A stretch of DNA of 13,669 nucleotides, from NCBI RefSeq assembly GCF_006345805.1, contig NW_021826088.1, positions 1-13,669 of the forward strand, written 5' to 3'. Both the position numbers and the translations under genes were made by a program. Source of the DNA: Octopus sinensis (taxonomy: Eukaryota). The notes beneath the pieces are model-generated. The model was not told the DNA's origin, ran no database searches, and worked only from the letters and a program-made list of their open reading frames with translations. Below, piece by piece: positions 1 to 8,039 of this stretch (position 1 is the first letter of the stretch; the number at the start of each line of letters is the position of its first letter).

Positions 1-7
1 AAATAAA

Positions 8-47
<40 letters not shown>

Positions 48-59
48 TAATGATAATAA

Positions 60-90
<31 letters not shown>

Positions 91-137
91 AATATAATAA
101 TAATAATAATAATAATAGTAATAATAATAATAATAAT
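1..137. repeat. (AAT)n microsatellite, slightly imperfect
   Basis: Direct reading: ataataataat... to about 137. Confidence 0.97.
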
Positions 138-212
138 GAGTTTATAACACCAACGATCTACTTCACACTGTTTTTTTTGTTCCATTTTTTATCGTCTTTA
201 TACATCTATATA

Positions 213-396
213 CGACGGGCTTCTTTCAGTTTCCGTCTACCGGTTCTTAAGTTTCCGTCCACTCACAAGGCTTTAGTCGCCCCATCCCTTCGAAGCTATA
301 GTAAAAGACACTCGCCCAAGTCGCCACGCAGTGGGACTGAACTCGGAGCCATGTAGTTGGGAAGCAAGCTTCATACCACACAGCCACGCTTTCGCC
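213..396 (-). mobile_element. Family 1 SINE (tRNA head + CORE-like segment), 5' half only
   Basis: Reverse complement reads GCGTGGCTGTGTGGTATGAAGCTTGCTTCCCAACTACATGGCTCCGAGTTCAGTCCCACTGCGTGGCGACTTGGGCGAGTGTC...GAAACTGAAAGAAGCCCGTCG, aligning to the copies at 6053 and 13247. It carries a small internal duplication of AGTTTCCGTC. Confidence 0.9.
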
Positions 397-397
397 C

Positions 398-458
398 TTA
401 TATAAATATATATATATATTAATATATATATATAATATATAATATATATACACACACA

Positions 459-500
<42 letters not shown>
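398..500. repeat. (TA)n followed by (CA)n microsatellite
   Basis: Direct reading. Confidence 0.95.
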
Positions 501-502
<2 letters not shown>

Positions 503-718
503 ACGGGAAGGTTTACGAAAATAAACGAAAGAGTGGAGTAAAAAACAGGTGGAGTACAAACAAACAAATGTATTAGTATGATGCTCAGGAATAGAAATGG
601 AACAAGTCTTTTACGTTTCGAGCCTACGCTCTTCAACAGAAAGATACACAGAAAAAAAACAAGGAGAGAAACAAGGAGAGAAAAATATGCGTGTAGGAGC
701 TAACGATCTAACATGGCG
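501..718 (-). mobile_element. Probable Penelope-like element terminal-repeat (pseudo-LTR) remnant
   Basis: Non-microsatellite island carrying a minimal hammerhead-like motif (CTG-TTGA-A-GAGC-GTAG-GCTC-GAAAC-GTA). Minimal hammerheads are an established hallmark of Penelope-like element termini. No RT or GIY-YIG ORF is present, so the assignment is inference. Confidence 0.55.
607..644 (-). ncRNA. Minimal type I hammerhead ribozyme-like motif (atypical core, A6 to U)
   Basis: Minus strand 5'-UCUUU CUGUUGA A GAGC GUAG GCUC GAAA C GUA AAAGA-3'. Stem I UCUUU/AAAGA is 5/5 paired, stem II GAGC/GCUC is 4/4 paired with a tetraloop, GAAA core is present, stem III is the palindrome ACGU, and the putative cleavage triplet is GUA (cut between 612 and 611). 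Confidence 0.6.
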
Positions 719-760
719 TATCTGTGTGTATGTGTATGTGTGGGTGGGTGTGTATAGGTT

Positions 761-983
761 TCTGTGCCTCTGTTTTTCCATCACCATCACTTGACAGCCG
801 ATGCTGGTGTGTGTACGCCCCTGTAACATTACCGGTTCGGCAAAAGAGACCGATAGTAACAAAGGATAAGTACTAGGCTAACAAAGAATAAGTCCTGGGG
901 GTCGATTTGCTCGACTAAAGGCGGTGCATGGCCGCAGTCAAATGACTGAAAGAATAAAAGAGTAAAAGAATAAGAGTAAAGAA
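761..983 (+). mobile_element. Family 1 SINE, 3' half with AAGAGTAAAAGAAT-type tail
   Basis: CACTTGACAGCCGATGCTGGTG...GGTTCGGCAAAAGAGACCGATAG...CTGGGGGTCGATTTGCTCGACTAAAGGCGGTG...CAGTCAAATGACTGAAA matches 6270-6455. Confidence 0.9.
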
Positions 984-990
984 TATATGC

Positions 991-1128
991 TCGACTGGCA
1001 TATATTCAGTCTCTGTCCACCAAATCCATTCACGAGGCTCTTGTAGAATACACTTGCCCAATGTGCCATGAACCCGGAACCATGTAATTAGGCAGCAAAG
1101 TTCTTACCACACAGTCGAGTCTGCGCCT
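991..1128 (-). mobile_element. Family 1 SINE 5' half, decayed with internal deletions
   Basis: CACTTGCCCAATGTGCC, GAACCCGGAACCATGT and TTCTTACCACACAG are the reverse complement of the family 1 head and CORE-like segment. Confidence 0.8.
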
Positions 1129-1174
1129 ATAATACGTAGAATTATTTCAACACGAAGTCAGGTTCCATTAGTAA

Positions 1175-1300
1175 TGCTCAAATAGTGACTATCGCTTCAT
1201 GCTTTAAAAAAAATATTTTTCAGAAAAACTGTATCTAGTTATACATTATCCAATGTATCCCGTTTTTTAAGATGACAGGGTGTGCTTAGGTGGAGGATGG
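1175..1300 (-). mobile_element. Decayed fragment of a fourth interspersed repeat, related to 6815-7022
   Basis: Reverse complement CACACCCTGTCATCTTAAAAAACGGGATACATTGGATAATGTATAACT aligns loosely with 6900-6945 (TACAGTCTTAGAAAAAGTCACGTTGAGTAACGTGGTCCT). The similarity is weak and judged by eye. Confidence 0.4.
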
Positions 1301-1589
1301 GTGCTTGTTTTTTTGTAGCAGGTGGAGCGACTGTGTCGGATTTTCGTCGTTGATTCGTTGTCAAAGTTGTATTTGTTATTGTAGTAATTGTTGATTTTGA
1401 TGGTGGCGTTCGTTGATGACATGGTGGAGGTGGTGTAGTGAGGGATTTTGATTGGATAGCTTCTATTTCAATTGGTGTATTAGCTGGATAACAGCTGCAA
1501 AGCTATTAAATAACATTGGTTTTAGATAGGACACTGACAATACATAAATAAATAATTACACACACAGACATGTGGTATGTGTTCGTGTA

Positions 1590-1622
1590 AGTATATATAT
1601 ATATATATGTTATATATATATA

Positions 1623-1675
<53 letters not shown>

Positions 1676-2046
1676 ATATATATATATGTTATATGTATAT
1701 ATGTATATATATATGCATATATATATATATGTTATTATGTATATATATGTATATGTATATATATGTATATATATATATATACCCACACACACATGGAAAT
1801 AGAACTATGCATACATATACACATACGTATATATACATACATTCATATGTACGTATACATATACATATAAATGTATGTATAAATACACCAAACACGCATA
1901 CACTCATACGCTCACACACATATATACAATATATATATATACATATATACATACACATACATACATATATATATATATATACATACATACATTAACATAC
2001 ATACATACATACATACATACATACATACATACATACATACACATAT
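1590..2046. repeat. Compound (TA)n/(TG)n/(CA)n/(TACA)n microsatellite field
   Basis: Direct reading. It explains the YI/HT-rich ORFs. Confidence 0.95.
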
Positions 2047-2260
2047 GTATACTGCTGCGTAACCAGGACGTTATCCTGACGTCCCTCTTCATACGGAGAC
2101 TAAGATGAAGAGAGGGAAATACACTATCTTCTCGCCGTTACCCTATACTCGTACATTCCCATTATTTCACAAAAATTCTTTATACACTCGGCCAATACAC
2201 AGCTATTCGCACAAAAGGGTATCCTCATCCACTTACACAATATATATGCATACGCGCGTA

Positions 2261-2510
2261 GGCGCAATGGCCCAGTGGTGAGGGCAGTGGACACGCGGTC
2301 GTAGAATCACGGTTTCGATTCCCAGACTGGGCGTTGTGTTTATTGAGCGAAAGCACTTAAAAGCTCCACAAGGCTCCGGTAGGAGTGGTGGTGGCCAACC
2401 CTGCTGCACTCTTTGACCACAACTTTCTCTCACTCTTTCTTCCTGTTTTTGTTGTACCTGTATTTGAAAGGGCCAACCTTGTCACGCTCTGAGTCACGCT
2501 TTGAGTCACG
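2261..2510 (+). mobile_element. Family 3 tRNA-derived SINE, 3' truncated
   Basis: A-box TGGCCCAGTGG, D-arm-like GCCC...GGGC and B-box-like GGTTTCGATTCCC. The first ~190 nt match the inverted copy at 10735-10920. Confidence 0.88.
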
Positions 2511-2610
2511 TTATATTCTGCGATATAAGCATATGCAAGACTATGTACACGTCTATATACCTCATCAGCCGGGGATATAGAGAGAAATATTTCAATAACA
2601 AGAACAATCT

Positions 2611-2780
2611 ACCCGACGGGATTCTATACAATTTCTACAAGCCCAAGTGCACTCACAATATATAAAAGTCGAACCGGGTCTGGAGGAAAATGGCATTTGT
2701 CAACGAAGCAACGCAATATATTTAAACTCGGGACCTCGTGGTTGTGAAGCGACATTCTTAAACAATCGGTAATACGGCGC
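2611..2780 (-). mobile_element. Old, highly diverged relative of the family 1 SINE head
   Basis: CGACGGG...CACTCACAA...ACTCGGGACCTCGTGGTTGTGAAGCGAC-TTCTT is collinear with family 1 CGACGGG...CACTCACAAG...ACCCGGAACCATGTGGTTGGGAAGCAAGCTTCTT. Confidence 0.6.
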
Positions 2781-3050
2781 TAATAAACGATTTTATACAC
2801 AAACATTTATTGAATATGTCAATGTAATTCTGTTACAATTCTTCCTATATATCAACGTTTGTTAAATACACTGCACGGGTTTCTGTTGACCATCTTTATG
2901 TTGAGTCGGTTGCATTTTTTTTTCTTCAACTCGTCAGCTAATACGATTTTGTCTACTTATTTTATTATTATTATTTTTTTTCCTTTTGGTCGTCGCATTT
3001 GCCAATAGACAAATGCAGGGCAGAATGGCTATGAGCATTCCAGTTGCATA

Positions 3051-3068
3051 TCTATCTCTATCTATCTC

Positions 3069-3127
<59 letters not shown>

Positions 3128-3221
3128 CCTCTCTCTCATCTCTCTCTCTCTCTATATATATATAGTATATAATATATATATGTATATTATGCATATATAT
3201 TTTATTTATTTATTATATTGT

Positions 3222-3259
<38 letters not shown>

Positions 3260-3260
3260 G
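3051..3260. repeat. (TATC)n, (TC)n and (TA)n microsatellites
   Basis: Direct reading. Confidence 0.95.
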
Positions 3261-3334
3261 TCTCGTCTCAGGATCTATCTCTTGTTGCACGTAGCCACAC
3301 AATCGCACATGTACATGATCATGCTTATATACAC

Positions 3335-3720
3335 TCACCGATATATATATATATATCCATACATACATACATACATACAGTCACACACACACACACACAC
3401 ACACTATATATATATAAAATTTACATATATATAATATGTGTGTGTATTCATATACAGATATATTAATGTTAGCTATATATTATGTTAGCTATATATATTA
3501 ATGTTAGCTATATATTGCTGCCATATATTTGTATACAAATATGTGTGTGTGTGCATGTATACATGCATATATTTATACATATATATATATATATATACAT
3601 ATATGCTGTAACGCGCACACATATACATAAACAGGAGACAAAACACACGCATGCACAGGTATACATGCCGCCTACAAACATACGCACGTACGTGTGTGTT
3701 TGTTTGTTTGTATGTATGTA
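3335..3720. repeat. Mixed TA/CA/TG low-complexity tract including three tandem copies of ATGTTAGCTATATAT
   Basis: The 15-mer occurs at 3466-3480, 3482-3496 and 3501-3515. Confidence 0.9.
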
Positions 3721-4151
3721 TGAATGTGCCTGTCGCTAATCAGAGATAGACCTCCAAGTGAAATATCTGATATTTGCTATAGTATAAGCTTCTTTCTTGT
3801 CAGAGTGAGATTTAATTTGCGAAGCACAGTTCAGCAGGATCGCTGTGGGTGGAATAAAGTGGTGAATAAATAAAGAAGTGAGCAAAAACCATGACCCCCC
3901 ACCATCTCAACCATCATGCCCCACCACGCAACTACCGTGAGCCAGTATAATCTACGTAGACCACACCACAGCCGAACTTCAGTATAATTGAGGCTGATCA
4001 CAACTGTAAACAAGAACAAGCTCTTATCTTCTTCGGTTCTTAGAGCTACGAGTTTAGACATTGAAGAAAGTTATCTACTGTCAAAGAGGCATTCCTAGAC
4101 TGACACGAACACACACACACACAGGTAAACGCTGGTACATAGCCACACAGA

Positions 4152-4188
<37 letters not shown>

Positions 4189-4309
4189 GCACAGATAGAG
4201 GTGAAACTGCAAGGAAATACAAATATTTGTTGCAAGAATGCAGATACGAAAAAAGTGAACAAGTACGCAACACGGATTTATACATAAAAAAATATCTCTG
4301 ATGCATTCC

Positions 4310-4506
4310 TCTATGTGTATGTATATATATATATATATATATATAGTATACTATATATATATATATATATTATGTTATATATATATTATATCATATATAT
4401 ATTATATATATGTTATATATATGTATATATATATATGTATATATATATGTATATATATATATATTGGAAGGTTTGGAGATGATGTACAGGTATTATGCAT
4501 ATATAT

Positions 4507-4543
<37 letters not shown>

Positions 4544-4590
4544 TATATATATATAATATATAGGTGCATATATATATATACACACACACT
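4310..4590. repeat. (TA)n-dominated microsatellite field
   Basis: Direct reading. Confidence 0.95.
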
Positions 4591-4592
4591 CG

Positions 4593-4965
4593 CTCATTCT
4601 TTTATTCTTTTACTTGTTCCAGTCATTTGACTGCGGCCTTGCTGGAGCACCGCCGCTTTTAGTCGAAGAAATCGAACCCAGGACTTATTCTTTGTGAGCC
4701 TGATATTTATTCTGTCGGTATCTTTTGAAGAACCGCTAAGTTACAGGGACGCAAACACACCAGCATCGGTTGTCAAGCGATGGTTAGGGGGACAAACATT
4801 GACACAAAAACATACACACACATAAATATATATCCATTCGCAAGGTTTTGGTCGGCCCCAGGCTACAGTAGAAGACACTTTGCCCAAGGTGCCACGCAGT
4901 GGGACTGAACTTAGAACCATGTGGTTGGGAAGCAAGCTTCTTACCACATAGCCACACCGGTGCCT
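4593..4965 (-). mobile_element. Family 1 SINE, near full length
   Basis: Tail (TTCTTTTACTTGTTCCAGTCATTTGACTG), 3' half, internal microsatellite, CORE-like TTTGCCCAAGGTGCCACGCAGTGGGACTGAAC and tRNA head are all present in reverse orientation. Confidence 0.93.
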
Positions 4966-4972
4966 ATATATT

Positions 4973-5150
4973 GCAATAACAGCCTTTCGTGATTTCATCA
5001 CCTCTTGCTCTCGATAGATTCTCGCTGCCGGCATAAATGAGCTACCGATAAAATGGCAAAATTGTGTTAATAATTTAGGTGCATACTTTGATTAACTGCA
5101 TTGCTTTTTGTTGACATAAAGTAAAATAGCTTTCAGTTCAAAATCAGACT
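4973..5150 (+). pseudogene. Mariner (Tc1/mariner) transposase C-terminal remnant plus 3' flank
   Basis: 4982-5095 translates AFRDFITSCSR*ILAAGINELPIKWQNCVNNLGAYFD*. This matches the mariner C-terminal pattern AF..F..S....F.A.GINKL..RWQKCV...G.YFD* seen in Hsmar1/SETMAR-type transposases. One premature stop is present. Confidence 0.85.
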
Positions 5151-5232
5151 GTGTGTGGGTCTTTGTGTCAATTTTTGTCCCCTTCACCATCGCTTGACAA
5201 CCGATGCTGGTGTGTTTATGTCCCCGTAACTT
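5151..5232 (+). mobile_element. Family 1 SINE 3'-half fragment
   Basis: TTTGTCCCCTTCACCATCGCTTGACAACCGATGCTGGTGTGTTTATGTCCCCGTAACTTA matches 6270-6330. Confidence 0.85.
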
Positions 5233-5303
5233 AATGACTTTATACATATATTTATATGCATACATATATACATACATGCATAGTTACACGCGTAGTCATT
5301 AAT

Positions 5304-5778
5304 CTTTTCTATTCTAGACATAAGATCCGAAATTTTGGGGGAGAGGAAGCGTAATCGATTAGATCGACACCAGTACGCAACTGGTAATTAATTTATCGAT
5401 GAAAAACAAAATCGACCTCGGCGGAATTTGAACTCAGAACATAAAGTAATTTGAACTCAGAAATACCTATTTCTTTATTACCGACAAGGGTAATGAAGAC
5501 AGACAAAACACCGCTAAGCATTTCCACCGGCGTGCTAACGTTTCTTATTTCTTTATTGCCCACAAGGGGTTAAACATAGAGGGGACAAAGAAGGACAGAC
5601 AAAGGGATTAAGTCGATTACATCGACCTCAGGACGTAACTGGTACTTAATTTATCGACCCCGAAAAGATGAAAGGCAAAGTCGACCTCGGCGGAATTTTA
5701 ACTCAGACCGTAAAGACAGACAAAACAGCGCTAAGCATTTCGCCCGGCGTGCTAACGTTTCTGCCAGCTTACCGCCTT
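5304..5778 (-). mobile_element. Family 2 SINE (tRNA head, Meta-like domain), dimeric, flanked by a 20-bp target site duplication
   Basis: Sense strand has head AAGGCGGTAAGCTGGCAGAAACGTTAGC, a B-box-like GAGTTAAAATTCC/GAGTTCAAATTCC and central CTTTGCCTTTCATCTTTTCGGGGTCGATAAATTAAGTACC. TSD is TTACACGCGTAGTCATTAAT (5284-5303) / TTACACGTGTAGTCATTAAT (5777-5796). The Meta-domain label is from recalled consensus. Confidence 0.9.
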
Positions 5779-5894
5779 ACACGTGTAGTCATTAATACCT
5801 TATTTTGGAGCCCATAGATGGCACACCTCCTCTACAACTGTCACCATCGTTATTCCCACATTCACTTATATGAAGTTAGAGCTGGGTATGTGAG

Positions 5895-5975
5895 CCAGTA
5901 ATTCGCTGAAATGTACTTTATTATCAACGGAAGGATTGAAAGCAAAGCTGGTCTCGGCTGCTTTCGAACTCAGGT
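5895..5975 (-). mobile_element. Decayed family 2 SINE fragment
   Basis: GTACTTTATTATCAACGGAAGGATTGAAAGCAAAGCTGGTCTCGGCTGCTTTCGAACTCAG is collinear with GTACTTAATTTATCGACCCCGAAAGGATGAAAGGCAAAGTCGACCTCGGCGGAATTTGAACTCAG. Confidence 0.7.
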
Positions 5976-6052
5976 CAACTCAGTCAGTGTTCGGCAATTA
6001 CCGATTCTGTATATCTCTATCTTGTATGCTTTAATTGTTCCAGGGGTTAGAC

Positions 6053-6215
6053 TGCGCCCTTACTGGGGCATGGTAAGTAACTTGCTTACCAACTACATAG
6101 TTCCGGATTCAGTCCCACTGCGTGGCACCTTGGGCAAATGTCTTCTACTATAGCCTCGGGCCAACCAAAGCCTTGTGAGTGGATTTGGTAGACGGAAACT
6201 GAAAGAATCCTGTCG

Positions 6216-6248
<33 letters not shown>

Positions 6249-6460
6249 ATATGTTTGTTTGTCTGTGTTTGTCTCCTCCCCAACATCGCTTGACAACCGA
6301 TGCTGGTGTGTTTACCTTCCCATAACTTAGTGGTTCGGCAAAAGAGACCAATAGTATAAGTACTAGGCTTACAAAGAATAAGTCCTGGGGTCGATTTGCT
6401 CGACTAAAGGCGGTGCACCAGCATGGCCAGTCAAATGACTGAAACAAGTAAAAGAGAATG
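6053..6460 (+). mobile_element. Family 1 SINE, full length
   Basis: Head, CORE-like CACCTTGGGCAAATG (compare MIR CORE ACCTTGGGCAAGT), internal (TA)n(TG)n, 3' half, stem-loop CAGTCAAATGACTG and tail AAACAAGTAAAAGAG. Confidence 0.93.
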
Positions 6461-6462
6461 AA

Positions 6463-6752
6463 TCGATCGCAATACTTTTTTTATAAAGACTGGTACTTAC
6501 TGTATCGGTCTCTCTTCCCTAACCGTTAAGTTACGGGGACGTAAACACACCAACACCGGTTGGTGAGGCAAAAACTGGACGCACATCCATACTCATCCGC
6601 ACACATACGACAGGCTTGTTACAGTCCAACAAATCCACCCTCAATGCTTTGGGGCGGTCCAGACACTCGTTCAAGGTGCTACGCAGTGGGACTGAACCCG
6701 GAACCATGTAGTTGGGAAGCAAGCTTCTTACCACCCAGCTGCGCCTGCGCCT
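6463..6752 (-). mobile_element. Family 1 SINE, older and more diverged, lacking the extreme tail
   Basis: GTACTTACTGTATCGGTCTC, AAGTTACGGGGACGTAAACACACCAACA and CAAGGTGCTACGCAGTGGGACTGAACCCGGAACCATGTAGTTGGGAAGCAAGCTTCTTACCAC. Confidence 0.88.
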
Positions 6753-6814
6753 GCATATGGGCACGGATAGACTGCCCTTCATCATTGAAGAGACCTAGGG
6801 TTACATAACACCAA

Positions 6815-7022
6815 CGACAACGTCTTTGTAGCGATTCAAAGAAGGTGTCCCTGCGTCGATTTCCGATATGCTAGAAATACCAGCCAAATCTCGCTGGAAT
6901 CTCTTTCTACAGTCTTAGAAAAAGTCACGTTGAGTAACGTGGTCCTTGGTTCTCAGTACATAAGAAAATAATAGGTTGGATGGTTATGGCTGGAATATCT
7001 TCTGGAATGCTTTTGATCATGA
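6815..7022 (+). mobile_element. Fragment of a fourth interspersed repeat (unclassified)
   Basis: CTAGAAATACCAGCCAAATCTC...GTCTTAGAAAAAG...GGATGGTTATGGCTGGAAT...GCTTTTGATCAT resembles a recalled octopus repeat and loosely matches 1175-1300 inverted. Confidence 0.45.
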
Positions 7023-7069
7023 AATTCTGTGGGTTCGGAATGAAATAAGAGCCATTTGCACCAGATAAA

Positions 7070-7169
7070 AAAAAAGTTAAAGAAAAAACAGCTTAGAAGA
7101 GAGGGGAGAGAAAGAAAGAGAGTGAATGTGAGAGACCGAGAGAGAGAGGGGGAAGACAGAAAGAAAGAC

Positions 7170-7216
<47 letters not shown>

Positions 7217-7273
7217 AGGAATGAAGGATCGAAAGAAAGAAAGACAGAAAGAAAGAAAGAAAGAAAGAAAGAC

Positions 7274-7304
<31 letters not shown>

Positions 7305-7520
7305 CAGAAGGAATGAAGGATCGAAAGAAAGAAAGAAAGACAGAAAGAAAGAAAGAAAAAAGAAAGAAAGAAAGAAAGAAAGAAGGAAAGAAAGAAAGAA
7401 AGAAAGACAGAAAGAAAGACAGAAAGAAAGAAAGAAGGAAAGAAAGAAAGAAAAAGAAAGAAAGAAAGAAAGAAGGAAAGAAAGAAAGAAGGAAAGAAGG
7501 ATCGAAAGAGAGAGGGATAG
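7070..7520. repeat. Polypurine (GAAA)n tract with GACA/GGAA interruptions
   Basis: Direct reading. It is the source of the KE/R-rich and FL/S-rich spurious ORFs. Confidence 0.96.
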
Positions 7521-7859
7521 GGAAATGAATAAATATTACTATAGAAAACAAGCGGCCAACCATCGAACCATCCAACCAGTAGACCAGCCAGCAAGCCGGC
7601 CTGCCAGTCAACCCACCAGCCAGCCAACCAACAGTTCGTTAGCTTCATTGTAGGCTGGATTCATTGGGAGAAGGCAGAGCGAAAGCGGGCGGCTTGTTAG
7701 ATACGAGCTTCTTACACCAGCAGGCGAGATCTGGTGGGACGAGACATATATATCAAATAAGCAATTGATATGACGAATCCAGTTTAGACACCGAGTCTAG
7801 ATGTTTCCATTGCTTATATTTATTTAGTTCATAATAAACACGTACGCACACGCTCTCAT

Positions 7860-7990
7860 TTTCACTCCCTCTCTCTGCCTTTCTCTCTCTTTGTCTTTTC
7901 TCCTCTCTTCTCTCCTCTCCCTCTCTTTCACACTCTCTCTGTCTCTCTGCCTTACTCTTTCTGAGTCTCACTCCTCCTCTCTCTATCTAT
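7860..7990. repeat. Imperfect (TC)n polypyrimidine tract
   Basis: Direct reading. Confidence 0.9.
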
Positions 7991-8039
7991 CAATCAATTT
8001 TCAATTGTTTTGTGTTTGTTAAGCGAGGAAAAAAACACT

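Noticed and set aside
2074-2135. CTGACG + long stem + GAAA-TA-CAC-TA-TC resembling a type I hammerhead
   Set aside because: A9 is missing and the sequence after the AUC triplet cannot pair upstream to form stem I.
2261-2335. True tRNA gene (also 10850-10920 and the other SINE heads)
   Set aside because: A/B boxes and a D-arm are present, but there is no acceptor stem, the T-arm is altered, and the sequence continues into repeated SINE bodies.
2515-2560. CTGATGA on the minus strand followed by a hairpin, a possible second hammerhead
   Set aside because: No GAAA follows the stem, and stems I and III cannot be built.
3804-3861. 58-nt plus-strand exon between TTCTTTCTTGTCAG and GTGAAT
   Set aside because: Chance-level splice motifs, no recognisable peptide and no compatible partner exon.
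6973-7067. Frame LDGYGWNIFWNAFDHEILWVRNEIRAICTR* as an exon
   Set aside because: It overlaps a suspected interspersed repeat with a local CTGGAAT duplication, and splice signals are weak.
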